A DNA stretch of 64,000 nucleotides from Bacilli bacterium (GCA_017398545.1 JAFQFT010000021.1:2094-66093); one strand, 5' to 3'; numbered from the stretch's first letter, positions 19,733 to 30,802 are shown. Notes: generated by a model from the letters alone, not told the origin. Numbers and translations: made by a program.

Positions 19733-21137
19733 TAAAACAATATGTACAAAGTTTACATGGTTCTATTCCGATAGACTCTATTAAGTCATCAATTCGATGA
19801 TATTGTAACGTATCAAAATTCATACGTTTACAGATTTCATCCACCATTAATTTATATTTTGGACTATCTGGATCGATATATTCTTTTGCAAGTTCATCAG
19901 ATACTACTTCTACTTGTTCTAAATCTGCAATAACTTTTCTAGTCATTAAATCCATAACAGAAGTTGAACGAGAGAAATTTAAGTACTTACATGAAAACAT
20001 AATTGGTGGACAAGCAGGACGAACATGTACTTCTTTTACTCCTGCATCATATAAATATTCTACTGTTTCTCTTAACTGAGTTCCTCGAACAATTGAGTCA
20101 TCAATTAAGATTAATTTTTTATCTTTAACAAGTTCTGGTATCGCAATAAGTTTCATTCTTGCGATAAGATTTCTTTGGGCTTGACTAGTTGGTGTAAATG
20201 ATCTTGGCCAAGTTGGAGTATATTTAATAAATGGTCTAATATACGGAATGTGAGCAGCATTAGAATATCCAATTGCATGTGGAACACCAGAATCAGGTAC
20301 CCCTGCTACACCATCTGCTTCTATATTATCTCGTTTTCTTAATAGTTCTCCACATTTATATCTCATTACTTCAACATTATGCCCTTCATAAGTAGCTGTT
20401 GGATAACCATAATAAGTCCATAAAAATGAACACATTTTCATACACTTATTAGGTTCACTTAAAACTGTAAGTTCTTTATTTGTAATTGAGACAATTTCAC
20501 CTGGTCCTAAGTCTTTTACATAACTAAACCCTAAATTTTGATATGCGCTACTTTCAAAAGTAACACAATAACCACTTTTTGATTTTCCTACAATAATAGG
20601 AGTTCTACCATATTTATCACGGGAGGCATAGATACGGTCTGGAAATAAAAGTAGTATACTCATTGAGCCATCTATTTTTTCCTGAGCGTATTTTAATCCT
20701 TCAACAATTGTAGACTTTTGATTAATAAGTGCAGCAACCATTTCTGTTGGATTGATTAACCCTTTATTCATTTCAATAAACTGCACTCTACCATTTTTAA
20801 AACATTCTTCACGCAATTCATCTAAGTTATTAATTTTACCAACTGTAGAGATTGCATAAGAACCTAAAATAGAATTAATTAATAATGGTTGTGCTTCATT
20901 ATCAGATATGCATCCAATACCAATATTACCTTTTAAATTATCTAAGTCTGCATCAAATTTTGTTCTAAAAGGGGCATTTTGAATATTATGAATTACTCTT
21001 TGAAATCCCTCTTCGCCATATAATGCCATTCCACCACGTCTAGTACCTAAATGTGAATGATAATCTATACCAAAAAATAGTTTCATTACACAGTCTGATT
21101 TAGATGCTATACCGAAAAAACCACCCATTTTTTTCAC
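19719..21137 (-). CDS. purF: Amidophosphoribosyltransferase-like protein lacking the N-terminal nucleophile Cys
   Basis: PRTase motif ([13 protein letters not shown]) and an Ntn-amidotransferase-like N-domain. The N-terminus is [10 protein letters not shown] where canonical PurF has CG(I/V)xGI. Located at the purF position in the operon. Confidence 0.75.
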   Translation of the reverse strand: MKKMGGFFGIASKSDCVMKLFFGIDYHSHLGTRRGGMALYGEEGFQRVIHNIQNAPFRTKFDADLDNLKGNIGIGCISDNEAQPLLINSILGSYAISTVGKINNLDELREECFKNGRVQFIEMNKGLINPTEMVAALINQKSTIVEGLKYAQEKIDGSMSILLLFPDRIYASRDKYGRTPIIVGKSKSGYCVTFESSAYQNLGFSYVKDLGPGEIVSITNKELTVLSEPNKCMKMCSFLWTYYGYPTATYEGHNVEVMRYKCGELLRKRDNIEADGVAGVPDSGVPHAIGYSNAAHIPYIRPFIKYTPTWPRSFTPTSQAQRNLIARMKLIAIPELVKDKKLILIDDSIVRGTQLRETVEYLYDAGVKEVHVRPACPPIMFSCKYLNFSRSTSVMDLMTRKVIADLEQVEVVSDELAKEYIDPDSPKYKLMVDEICKRMNFDTLQYHRIDDLIESIGIEPCKLCTYCFNGKE

Positions 21138-21146
21138 CTCATGATT

Positions 21147-24100
21147 TTATTTTTTAAAATAATTTACACCTGATTCAAATAATTTTTGATCCATTTCACC
21201 ATAGATATTAACAAATCTATTATCGCCTTGACGTTCACTATGTCCCATCTTACCGATAACACGACCATCAAGTGAAACAATACCTTCAATAGCCATCATT
21301 GATCCATTTGGATTAAATGGTGATTCCATTGTTGGATTATTATTTTCATCAACGTATTGTGTAAATACTTGACCATTTTTAAACAATTCTTCTAATACTT
21401 CTTTTGGTGCTACAAAGCGACCTTCACCATGACTCACTGGAATTGTATGGATATCTCCTACATTAACACCAGCTAACCAAGGTGATTTAACAGATGAAAT
21501 TCTAGTATTAACCATTTGAGATACATGTCTATGAATTGTATTAAATGTAAGTGTAGGATCCATATCTTTCATATCAGAAATCTTACCATATGGTAAAAGT
21601 CCTAATTTAATTAATGCTTGGAATCCATTACAAATACCAATCATTAGACCATCTCTATTTTCTAGTAAATCTGTTATTGCATCTTTAATTTCTTTATTTC
21701 TTAAGAATGTTGCGATAAATTTACCTGAACCTTCTGGTTCATCACCAGCACTAAATCCACCAGGTAACATCATAATTTGTGCTTTCTTAATTGCAGATAC
21801 TAAATCATTTACAGAATTTTTAATATCTTGTTCAGTCTTATTTCTAATCACAACAAGTTCTACTTTAGCCCCTGCTTTTTCAAATGCACGTTTTGAATCA
21901 TATTCACAGTTTGTACCAGGGAATACTGGAATAACTACATTTACTGTATCATATAATACTTTCGCTTTTAATGCAGGTCTAGTAGTAGCATTACCTACAA
22001 TAATATCATTTGTAGGAGCCTCACAAGTTTCTGGATATACATCATTTAGTACACCTTTATATATATCATAAGCATCATCTAGTGTTACTACTTCAGAATT
22101 ATATGTAACATTACAAGAATCATTAGTTTCACCAATTACGCGTACATTTAAATCACTTAAATCTAATTCTTTATCAACTTCTAAAATAAGATTTCCATAG
22201 TTTTTAGCTGAAAGAGTAGTTAAATCTAAATCACTATTTAAACATACACCAATATTGTTCCCAAATGCCATTTTATAAATAGCTTCTAACGCACCACCAT
22301 CTTTAACAGTGTAAGCACTATAAACTAATTTTTCTTTAATTAACTTTGTTACAACATCATAAGTATTAATTAATTTATCAAAATCATAAACATGATACTT
22401 ATCTTTATCTAAACATACTTCTACTAATAAATGATTACTTCCTTTTAACTCAGGAGTTAAAACATCTTTAACATCAGCATATGTTATTGCAAAAGAAACA
22501 AGTGTTGGTGGAACATCTAAATCTTCAAATGATCCACTCATTGAGTCTTTTCCTCCAATAGATGCAAGCTTTAATGCTTTTTGAGCTTTATGTGCACCAA
22601 GAAGTGCTGCAAATGGTTTACCCCATTTATTAGGATTATTAAGTAGTTTCTCAAAATATTCTTGGAAAGAAAATCTAATCTTATGATAATCTCCACCCAT
22701 TGCGACAATCTTTGCCACACTTTCAACAACAGCATATATTGCACCATGATATGGTGACCATGATGAAATTACTGGATTAAATCCATAACTCATAATAGAT
22801 GCAGTTGTATTATCATATCCAAGTGTTGGAATTAATGCTGCCATACCTTCAGTTTCAGTACGAAGCGTTTTACCACCATAAGGAGATAGTACTGTACCAT
22901 TACCAATTGATGAGTCAAACATTTCAACTAGACCTTTTTGACTACATACAGAAAGACGTGATAATACTTCTTTTGATGTTTCAACAAAATTTTCTTCAAC
23001 TTTGTTTTCAAATGGTGCTTTATCAAAGTCAGGAAGTTCTACATATATATTTTGATAACGACTTGCACCATTTTTATCTAGGAAACTTCTATCAATATCA
23101 ACAATTGTTTGACCAAGATAATGCATTACAAGTCTATTATTACCTGTAACTGTAGCAACTCTAACTACTTCTAAGTTTTCTTTATAACATTCATTTTTAA
23201 TGAATTCTTCATCATCTTCTTTAATTACAATAGCCATTCTTTCTTGAGATTCGCTTATCGCAAGTTCAGTTCCATTAAGACCATCATATTTCTTTAAAAC
23301 ATTATCAAGTTCAATTTCTAAGCCAGGTGCAAGTTCACCAACTGCAACACATACACCACCAGCACCAAAGTCATTACAACGAATAATTTTTTCTGAAACT
23401 TTAGCGTTTCTAAATAATCTTTGAATTTTTCTTTCTTCAATTGGATTACCTTTTTGTACTTCTGCACCTGCAGTGGCAGTAGTTTTAACCTCATGTGATT
23501 TTGATGAGCCTGTTGCTCCACCAATACCATCACGACCAGTTCTACCACCAATTAAAAGTACAACATGTCCTGGAAGTGGTTCAAGTCTTTTTACTTGTGC
23601 TTTTGGAGCAGCTGCCACAACAGCACCAATTTCCATTCTCTTAGCAGCATATCCAGGATGATATAATTCATGTACATAACCAGTTGTAAGACCAATTTGA
23701 TTACCATAACTAGAGAAACCATGTGCAGATTCTTTACAAATCTTTCTTTGAGGAAGTTTACCTTTAATTGTATCTTCAAGCGATGCTCTTGGATCACTAG
23801 CTCCTGTGATACGCATTGATTGATAAACATATGCACGCCCTGAAAGTGGGTCACGAATAGCACCACCAAGACATGTAGCAGCACCACCAAATGGTTCAAT
23901 TTCAGTAGGATGGTTATGAGTTTCATTTTTAAACATTAATAACCAATCTTCTTCACCATGTGCAGTTTTTACTTTAATTTCAATTGAACAAGCATTAATT
24001 TCATCGCTTACTTCAAGGTCATTTAAATATCCTTGCTTTCTTAATTCTTTCATTGAAATTGTAGCAAGATCCATTAAAGTCATTGGACGTGTAGTTTCAA

Positions 24101-24899
24101 TACCATATACTGCATGACGAGATGCAATATAACTATCTACTTCACTTCTTAATATTTCTTTAAACTGTCCATCTTCAATTTCTAAATCAGTGATAATTGT
24201 AGAAAATGTAGTATGACGACAATGATCTGACCAGTAAGTATCAAGAACTTTTAATTCTGTTAAAGTAGGATCACGATGCTCTTCATTTTTAAAGTAATCT
24301 TGAGTAACTAATAAATCATCATAGTTCATTGCCATTGAATTATCACTTAAATATTTGATTAATTCTTCTTTATTAAAATTAATAAATCCTTCAACAACAG
24401 GAACTTTATCAATTTCTACTTTAGCACTTGTTAAACATTCAGGTTTTTCAAGGCTAGCAAGACGCTGATCAACTGGGTTAATTAAATATTTTTTAACCTT
24501 TTCTACATCTTTACTAGATAAATCACCAACAAGTTCGATAATTTTAGCACATTTTACAATGACACTTTTTTCACCAGTTAAAAGTTGGAAACATTGTTCA
24601 CAAGCATCTGCACGTTGGTCATATTGACCAGGAAGATATTCAATTCCAAAAACAAGTTCCATATTATTAAACTCATAGTTTTCAATGAAAACATTATCTA
24701 CCATCGGTTCACTTAAGATAATAGAGATACCTTCGTTTAAATATGATTCATTAACTCCTTCAACATCATATCTATTAATAACTTTTACATTTTCTAGATT
24801 TGAAAGTTTTAATTGAGTTTGTAAATTATGAAGTAATTCTTTAGCCTCTACCACATATTCAATTCTTTTTTCAACATAAATGCGATGTACGTTATTCAT
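21147..24899 (-). CDS. purL: Phosphoribosylformylglycinamidine synthase, single-chain large form
   Basis: 1250 aa. PurL core (GGAATCLGGAIRD) plus a fused C-terminal glutaminase (GICNGFQAL, SHGEGRF). Confidence 0.92.
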   Translation of the reverse strand: MNNVHRIYVEKRIEYVVEAKELLHNLQTQLKLSNLENVKVINRYDVEGVNESYLNEGISIILSEPMVDNVFIENYEFNNMELVFGIEYLPGQYDQRADACEQCFQLLTGEKSVIVKCAKIIELVGDLSSKDVEKVKKYLINPVDQRLASLEKPECLTSAKVEIDKVPVVEGFINFNKEELIKYLSDNSMAMNYDDLLVTQDYFKNEEHRDPTLTELKVLDTYWSDHCRHTTFSTIITDLEIEDGQFKEILRSEVDSYIASRHAVYGIETTRPMTLMDLATISMKELRKQGYLNDLEVSDEINACSIEIKVKTAHGEEDWLLMFKNETHNHPTEIEPFGGAATCLGGAIRDPLSGRAYVYQSMRITGASDPRASLEDTIKGKLPQRKICKESAHGFSSYGNQIGLTTGYVHELYHPGYAAKRMEIGAVVAAAPKAQVKRLEPLPGHVVLLIGGRTGRDGIGGATGSSKSHEVKTTATAGAEVQKGNPIEERKIQRLFRNAKVSEKIIRCNDFGAGGVCVAVGELAPGLEIELDNVLKKYDGLNGTELAISESQERMAIVIKEDDEEFIKNECYKENLEVVRVATVTGNNRLVMHYLGQTIVDIDRSFLDKNGASRYQNIYVELPDFDKAPFENKVEENFVETSKEVLSRLSVCSQKGLVEMFDSSIGNGTVLSPYGGKTLRTETEGMAALIPTLGYDNTTASIMSYGFNPVISSWSPYHGAIYAVVESVAKIVAMGGDYHKIRFSFQEYFEKLLNNPNKWGKPFAALLGAHKAQKALKLASIGGKDSMSGSFEDLDVPPTLVSFAITYADVKDVLTPELKGSNHLLVEVCLDKDKYHVYDFDKLINTYDVVTKLIKEKLVYSAYTVKDGGALEAIYKMAFGNNIGVCLNSDLDLTTLSAKNYGNLILEVDKELDLSDLNVRVIGETNDSCNVTYNSEVVTLDDAYDIYKGVLNDVYPETCEAPTNDIIVGNATTRPALKAKVLYDTVNVVIPVFPGTNCEYDSKRAFEKAGAKVELVVIRNKTEQDIKNSVNDLVSAIKKAQIMMLPGGFSAGDEPEGSGKFIATFLRNKEIKDAITDLLENRDGLMIGICNGFQALIKLGLLPYGKISDMKDMDPTLTFNTIHRHVSQMVNTRISSVKSPWLAGVNVGDIHTIPVSHGEGRFVAPKEVLEELFKNGQVFTQYVDENNNPTMESPFNPNGSMMAIEGIVSLDGRVIGKMGHSERQGDNRFVNIYGEMDQKLFESGVNYFKK

Positions 24900-24907
24900 A
24901 GTTCCTC

Positions 24908-26161
24908 CTATCTTAAGCCAATATCTTTACGGCAATATTTGCCATCAAAATCTATTTTTTCTATTGCGTTATAAATTTTATTTCTAACTTCTTCTAAACT
25001 ATTACCTGTAGTACAAACATTTAAAACACGTCCACCATTAGTAACAATTTTAGAATCTACTTCTTTAGTCCCTGCATGGAATACAATGATATCACTATCT
25101 ACATCGTCTAGTCCTATTATTTCTAATCCTTTAGGATAACTTCCAGGGTATCCTTTACTTGCAAGAACTACACACCCAGCAACTTCATCACTCCAAGAGA
25201 TATTAATATCTTTTAAAGATTTAGTTGCAGTAGCGTACATTATGTCATATATATCACTTTTTAGTCTAAGCATAATAACTTGTGTTTCAGGATCTCCAAA
25301 ACGAACATTAAATTCTAAGACTTTTGCATGGCCATTTTCAATCATTAAACCAATAAAGATTACACCTCTAAAATCTAGGTTATCTTCTTTTAACCCTTTC
25401 ATAAATGGATCAAGTATTTCATTTTTTAATACATCATCCATATTATCTGGCATAAATGGATTAGGACTAATAGTACCCATACCACCAGTATTAGGACCTA
25501 AATTTCCATCAAATATTTGTTTGTGATCTTTTGCAGTAACCATTGGAATAATTGTTTCAGAGTCTGTAAAACAAAGTAAAGAACATTCAAATCCTGTTAA
25601 GAATTCTTCAAGCACTACAGTTTTTCCAGCACCAGATAGTGCTCCATCAATTAAGAATTCTTTTAGTGTTTTAATTGCTACATCTTCATCTTCACAAATT
25701 ACTACACCTTTACCAGCAGCAAGTCCATCTGCTTTAATAACTACAGGATAAGAAAACTCTTTTAAAGTCTTTACAGCATCTTCATAGTTATCAACATTTG
25801 CATAAGCTGCTGTTGGAATATTATGACGTTTCATAAAATCTTTTGAAAAAGCTTTTGACCCTTCTAAAGTTGCAGCAGCTTTACAAGGCCCAAATACTTT
25901 ATGGCCATTTGCTTCAAGTAAGTCAGCAAGTCCCATACAAAGAGGAACTTCTGGACCAACAACTGTTAAGTCAATATTATGCTCTTCAACAAATTTTAAT
26001 ATATATTCTAAATCTTCTACGCTTGCGTTATGACAAGTGCCTAACTTCGCAATACCAGGGTTACCTGGAATTGCATGAATTTCAGTTACTTTACTACTTT
26101 TTGATAATGCGTAGCAAATCGCATGTTCACGACCACCACTACCAATAATTAGTACTTTCAT
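24908..26161 (-). CDS. purD: Phosphoribosylamine--glycine ligase
   Basis: N-terminus MKVLIIGSGGREHA and ATP-grasp architecture, 417 aa. Confidence 0.92.
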   Translation of the reverse strand: MKVLIIGSGGREHAICYALSKSSKVTEIHAIPGNPGIAKLGTCHNASVEDLEYILKFVEEHNIDLTVVGPEVPLCMGLADLLEANGHKVFGPCKAAATLEGSKAFSKDFMKRHNIPTAAYANVDNYEDAVKTLKEFSYPVVIKADGLAAGKGVVICEDEDVAIKTLKEFLIDGALSGAGKTVVLEEFLTGFECSLLCFTDSETIIPMVTAKDHKQIFDGNLGPNTGGMGTISPNPFMPDNMDDVLKNEILDPFMKGLKEDNLDFRGVIFIGLMIENGHAKVLEFNVRFGDPETQVIMLRLKSDIYDIMYATATKSLKDINISWSDEVAGCVVLASKGYPGSYPKGLEIIGLDDVDSDIIVFHAGTKEVDSKIVTNGGRVLNVCTTGNSLEEVRNKIYNAIEKIDFDGKYCRKDIGLR

Positions 26162-26173
26162 ATATATAACCTC

Positions 26174-27697
26174 TTAGTGTCTAAAATGACGATAGCCACT
26201 AAATACCATAGGGATATTAAGTTCATTACATAAATCAATTGAATCTTGGTCTTTAATACTTCCACCAGGTTGAATAATAGCAGCAACACCAGCATTAGCG
26301 GCAACTTGCACACAGTCATTAAATGGGAAGAATGCATCACTTGCAAGAACTGATCCCTTAAAGTCTTTATCTGGATTGTTATGAATAGCATTTTCAAGTG
26401 CCCATACACGTGAAGTTTGTCCTCCACCAATTGCAAGAGTAACACCATTTTTAACAATACAAATTGCATTAGACTTAACGTATTTAACTACTTTCATACC
26501 AAATTCCATATCAGAGATTTGTTCTTTAGTAGGAACTGCATTAGTAACTACTTTCATTTCATCAATCATCTTAGAATTAATTTGTTGAACAAGTACTTTA
26601 CCTTCTAAATATTTAATATCATATTTAGCTTCTTTAGCATCAAGATTATTAAGTTTAAGAACACGTAAGTTCTTTTTCTTCTTAAGTACTGCAAGTGCTT
26701 CTTCATCAAAATCTGGAGCAGCAACAATTTCTAAGAAAATCTTAGTCATCTCAAGAGCAGTTTCTTTATCTACTTTATAGTTTACTGCAACAATACCACC
26801 AAAGATTGATTGTGGATCAGCAAGATATGCTTTCATATATGATTCATAACCTGTAGCGCCAACTGCAACACCACATGGAGTTGAGTGTTTAATAGCAGCT
26901 GTAACTGTAACACCTGCAAATTCTCTTACTAAAGCAACAGCACCGTATAAATCATTTAAGTTATTAAATGAGATTTCTTTACCATTTAATTGAACGTAAT
27001 CAAGAAGTGATTTTTCAATAAATGAATCTTGATATGTATTTGCAAGTTGTTGAGAGTTTTCCCCATAACGTAAGTGTTCTACTTTCTTTAAAGAAATATT
27101 AAGTGTATCAGGAAATTCATCTCCTACAACACCTGCAAAATAACGAGAAATAATAGAATCATAAGCAGCTGTAGCACTAAATGCTTTATAAGCTAAATTA
27201 AGTCTAAAGTTATAGTCATCAGTACCATTTTCAATAGCTTCAAGCACACTATTATAATCACTAGGATTTGTAACGATTAAAACATCTTTAAAGTTTTTAG
27301 CAGCACTTCTAATCATTGAAGGACCACCAATATCAATATTTTCAATCATTTCTGCCATAGGTTTACCAGCACGTAGTGCTTTTTCAAATTCATATAAGTT
27401 TACACAAACTAAATCAATTGGATGAATTCCGTATTCTTCAATTGTTTTTACATGACTTTCTAAATCTCTTCTATAAAGAAGTCCACCATGAACCATTGGA
27501 TGAAGTGTCTTTACTCTACCATCTAACATTTCTGGAAATTTAGTTACTTCATCAATAGCGATTGCTTTAACGCCACTAGACGCTAATTTATTTAAAGTAC
27601 CACCAGTTGATACAATTTCAAATCCTAATTTTTCTAATCCTTGACAAAATTCAACGATACCTTCTTTATTAGTAACGCTTACTAATGCTCTTTTCAT
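26174..27697 (-). CDS. purH: Bifunctional AICAR transformylase / IMP cyclohydrolase
   Basis: MGS-like N-domain (ALVSVTNKEGIVEF...STGGT) and AICARFT motif KHSTPCG. Confidence 0.92.
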   Translation of the reverse strand: MKRALVSVTNKEGIVEFCQGLEKLGFEIVSTGGTLNKLASSGVKAIAIDEVTKFPEMLDGRVKTLHPMVHGGLLYRRDLESHVKTIEEYGIHPIDLVCVNLYEFEKALRAGKPMAEMIENIDIGGPSMIRSAAKNFKDVLIVTNPSDYNSVLEAIENGTDDYNFRLNLAYKAFSATAAYDSIISRYFAGVVGDEFPDTLNISLKKVEHLRYGENSQQLANTYQDSFIEKSLLDYVQLNGKEISFNNLNDLYGAVALVREFAGVTVTAAIKHSTPCGVAVGATGYESYMKAYLADPQSIFGGIVAVNYKVDKETALEMTKIFLEIVAAPDFDEEALAVLKKKKNLRVLKLNNLDAKEAKYDIKYLEGKVLVQQINSKMIDEMKVVTNAVPTKEQISDMEFGMKVVKYVKSNAICIVKNGVTLAIGGGQTSRVWALENAIHNNPDKDFKGSVLASDAFFPFNDCVQVAANAGVAAIIQPGGSIKDQDSIDLCNELNIPMVFSGYRHFRH

Positions 27698-28287
27698 ATT
27701 ATTTCTACCCTTTCATTTACTACTTTTAGTTTATTATCGCAGTATAACCCGACTGCTTCTTTTAAAATTTTATGTTCTATATTAATTAATATTTTTTCTT
27801 GAATTTCTTCTGGAGATGAACAATCAGATATATCTATACTTCTTTGTAAGATAATAGGTCCACCATCTACAACAGCTGAAACAAAATGAACTGTTGCGCC
27901 ACTTACTTTACATCCACGTTTAAAACATGCTTCATGAACATGTATCCCGTAATATCCCTCTCCACAAAATGAAGGAATAAGTGATGGATGAATATTAATT
28001 ATTTTATTTTCATATTTACTAATTAACTTTTCTGATACAATTGCTAAGTACCCAGCAAGAACGATTAAATCAATTTGTTCTTCTTCAAGCCTTTTAATAA
28101 TTATATCTTCATCTTTAATCCATTCTGCTTTAATACCTGCAAGACGAGCTCTTTCTAAGCCATATGCTTTTTTACGATTTGATATAACCAATTTAATACT
28201 TCCATTAATTTCATTGTTAGCACATGCATCAATTAATGATTGTAAATTAGTTCCACCACCTGAAACGAATACTGCTATATTTACCAT
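27694..28287 (-). CDS. purN: Phosphoribosylglycinamide formyltransferase
   Basis: Motifs GGGTNLQ and NIHPSLIPSF. The stop is TGA, overlapping the purH ATG (ATGA). Confidence 0.9.
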   Translation of the reverse strand: MVNIAVFVSGGGTNLQSLIDACANNEINGSIKLVISNRKKAYGLERARLAGIKAEWIKDEDIIIKRLEEEQIDLIVLAGYLAIVSEKLISKYENKIINIHPSLIPSFCGEGYYGIHVHEACFKRGCKVSGATVHFVSAVVDGGPIILQRSIDISDCSSPEEIQEKILINIEHKILKEAVGLYCDNKLKVVNERVEII

Positions 28288-29312
28288 TTTAAATCCACTT
28301 CACCAGAATTTGTTACTTTACCAATAACATAAGCAGGTTCATTAATTTCTTTTAATAAATTCATTATAGATTCTACATCTTTTTCTTCAACTGCTAAGAT
28401 AAAACCAATACCCATATTAAATACATTATACATTTCTTTATCAGGGATATTACCAGTTTCCTTAATTAAATCAAAGATTTTTGGTCTTGGGAATGAATTA
28501 ACATTAATTTCTACACCTTGACCTTCTTTTAACATACGAGGAACATTTTCATAGAAACCTCCACCAGTGATATGACACATACCATTAATATTAGCACCAC
28601 TATTAAGTAAATGTTTAATAGTTTTTACATAAATCTTAGTTGGAGTAAGTAATTCTTCACCAAGTGTTTTATTAAATTCAGGATAGAATTTATGAACATC
28701 AAGTTTAGCATCTTTTAACAATACTTTTCTTACTAATGAATAACCATTTGAATGACATCCTGTTGAAGGTAGACCAATTAGTACATTACCAACACTAATT
28801 TTTTGTCCATCTAATAATTTAGATTTCTCAACAGCACCTACACAGAAACCGGCAATATCATAATGATTAACATCATACATATCTGGCATTTCAGCAGTTT
28901 CACCACCAATTAATGCACATTCACTCATGACACATCCATCTGCAACACCTTTTACAAGTTGTTCAATTTTCTTAGGAAAATTCTTTCCTACTGCTAAATA
29001 ATCTAGGAAGAATATTGGCATTGCACCTTGAACTAATACATCATTAACACACATTGCAACAGCATCAATACCAATTGTATCGTGTTTATCTACTTCAAAT
29101 GCAATCATGAGTTTTGTACCAACACCATCAGTTCCAGAAACTAAAACTGGTTCTTTCATGTTTAATAAACTTAAATCAAACATTCCACCAAATGCACCAA
29201 TTGAGTCAACTGCACCAAGTACTTTAGTTCTTGCAACATGTGATTTAATAAGTCTTACTGACTCATAACCTGCTTCTAAATCTACACCAGCTTCACGATA
29301 TTTATTACTCAT
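28281..29312 (-). CDS. purM: Phosphoribosylformylglycinamidine cyclo-ligase (AIR synthetase)
   Basis: Motifs DGVGTK and GGETAEMP, 343 aa. Confidence 0.92.
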   Translation of the reverse strand: MSNKYREAGVDLEAGYESVRLIKSHVARTKVLGAVDSIGAFGGMFDLSLLNMKEPVLVSGTDGVGTKLMIAFEVDKHDTIGIDAVAMCVNDVLVQGAMPIFFLDYLAVGKNFPKKIEQLVKGVADGCVMSECALIGGETAEMPDMYDVNHYDIAGFCVGAVEKSKLLDGQKISVGNVLIGLPSTGCHSNGYSLVRKVLLKDAKLDVHKFYPEFNKTLGEELLTPTKIYVKTIKHLLNSGANINGMCHITGGGFYENVPRMLKEGQGVEINVNSFPRPKIFDLIKETGNIPDKEMYNVFNMGIGFILAVEEKDVESIMNLLKEINEPAYVIGKVTNSGEVDLKW

Positions 29313-29329
29313 TTTTTTATTCCTCCATT

Positions 29330-29815
29330 TTAATATTTATTGCTAACTTCTTCATTAGCAAGTAGATTTTCTTTTGTCATTTTATTTCTTAATTCAAGTA
29401 ATTTATCTTTTAATTCTACGTTTTTAACAGCAATTATTTGTAATGCTAAATAAGCAGCATTTTTACTTCCATTAACTGCAACTGTTGCAACAGGAATACC
29501 AGTAGGCATTTGAACTATAGATAATAATGCATCCATACCATCAAATACACTACCACTAATTGGAACTCCAATTACTGGAAGAACAGTTTGAGCTGCAACT
29601 ACACCAGGAAGTGCAGCTGCCATACCTGCAGCAGCAATTATTACTTCAGTACCATTATTATTACATTCATTTACAAATTCAGCTAATTCATTGTTGGCAC
29701 GATGTGCAGATAAACATCTTACATCAGTTTTTACTCCATACTCTTTTAAAATTAAAATAGCGGGTTCAACTTTAGCTAAATCACTTTTAGAACCCATCAC
29801 TACTGCAACTCTCAT
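29330..29815 (-). CDS. purE: N5-CAIR mutase-type PurE (SAHR signature)
   Basis: MGSKSD and SAHR motifs, 161 aa. First gene of the operon. No purK in this window. Confidence 0.88.
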   Translation of the reverse strand: MRVAVVMGSKSDLAKVEPAILILKEYGVKTDVRCLSAHRANNELAEFVNECNNNGTEVIIAAAGMAAALPGVVAAQTVLPVIGVPISGSVFDGMDALLSIVQMPTGIPVATVAVNGSKNAAYLALQIIAVKNVELKDKLLELRNKMTKENLLANEEVSNKY

Positions 29816-29847
29816 TTCTTTCCTCCAATTATATATATTATTTCGTT

Positions 29848-29960
29848 ATAAAAACGTAAAAAGGGCATACTTCTAACGTAAGAAATATGCCCAGACGGTC
29901 GACACTCATTAAGTTATACTCCCATATGGTATACTCCACAATCCGTCAGTTGTATAACTA
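29848..29960 (-). promoter_or_regulatory. ZTP (pfl-motif) riboswitch with intrinsic terminator expression platform
   Basis: The minus strand reads GTTATA-CAACTGACGGATTGTGGAGTATACCATATGGGAG-TATAAC-linker-CGACCGTCTGGGCA. This matches the conserved ZTP elements (ACUGGCG-like, GUGG..CCA, GGGAG, CCGCCUGGGCA-like). The GGGCA overlaps the 5' arm of a 12-bp terminator hairpin (29863-29892) followed by TTTTTACGTTTTT. Confidence 0.75.
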
Positions 29961-29965
29961 GCATT

Positions 29966-29994
29966 ATTATACTATAAATACAAAATAATTGCAA
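29966..29994 (-). promoter_or_regulatory. Sigma-70-type promoter of the pur operon
   Basis: Minus strand reads TTGCAA (29989-29994), 17-nt spacer, TATAAT (29966-29971), placed just upstream of the riboswitch P1. Confidence 0.6.
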
Positions 29995-30066
29995 GTTTTA
30001 TAAATCTTTATTTTATTTGTGATACAATAATGAAGTAAATTTAAAAAACTAAAAGGGAGCAAAACA

Positions 30067-30750
30067 ATGAATAAGATTTACGAAGGTAAAACTAAAGACG
30101 TTTATAGTTTAGAAAATGGTAACGTTCTATTAAAATTTAAAGATGATTGTACAGGTAAAGATGGTGTGTTTGACCCAGGTGAAAATACTGTTGGTTTAAC
30201 AATTGATGGTATTGGAAAAGAAAACTTAAAAGTATCAATTTATTATTTTGAACTATTAAAACAAGCTGGTATCAAAACTCACTATGTAAACGCAAATATT
30301 GAAGATGCAACAATGGAAGTATTACCTGGTAAAGTATTTGGACATGGTCTAGAAGTTATTTGTAGACTTGTTGCAACAGGTAGTTTTATTCGTCGTTATG
30401 GTGAATATATTAAAGATGGAACACCACTTGAAGGTGGTTACGTTGAATGCACTTTCAAAAATGATGAAAAAGGAGATCCACTAGTAACTAAAGAAGGACT
30501 TGTTGCACTTGGTGTAATGAGCGGTGAACTATTTGATTCGATGAAAGAACAAACATTAAATATCACAAATATAATAGCTAGTGACTTAAAGAAAATTGGT
30601 CTTGATCTTTGGGATATCAAATTTGAATTTGGTTACAACAATGGTGAAGTAATTCTTATTGATGAAATCGCATCAGGCAATATGCGTGTTTATAAAGATG
30701 GTAAGATTGTAGATCCAATTACTTTAACTAAACTAATTTTAAATAGATAA
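30067..30750 (+). CDS. purC: SAICAR synthetase
   Basis: N-terminus [13 protein letters not shown] and family-typical length (227 aa). GGGAG RBS. Divergent from the pur operon. Confidence 0.9.
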   Translation: MNKIYEGKTKDVYSLENGNVLLKFKDDCTGKDGVFDPGENTVGLTIDGIGKENLKVSIYYFELLKQAGIKTHYVNANIEDATMEVLPGKVFGHGLEVICRLVATGSFIRRYGEYIKDGTPLEGGYVECTFKNDEKGDPLVTKEGLVALGVMSGELFDSMKEQTLNITNIIASDLKKIGLDLWDIKFEFGYNNGEVILIDEIASGNMRVYKDGKIVDPITLTKLILNR

Positions 30751-30769
30751 TTTATATATATTAAAACAT

Positions 30770-30802
30770 AAACTGCTGTATATCAAAATACAGCAGTTTT
30801 TT
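30770..30802. terminator. Bidirectional terminator between purC and toxN-like gene
   Basis: 11-bp stem AACTGCTGTAT/ATACAGCAGTT, with a T-run on plus and an A-rich flank on the other side. Confidence 0.6.

Noticed and set aside
29848-29960. A purine (guanine/adenine) riboswitch was expected in front of a pur operon.
   Set aside because: The leader lacks the purine-aptamer junction motifs (UAUAAU...GGAUAUGG...CCGUAAA...GACUA). It matches the two-part ZTP/pfl consensus instead.
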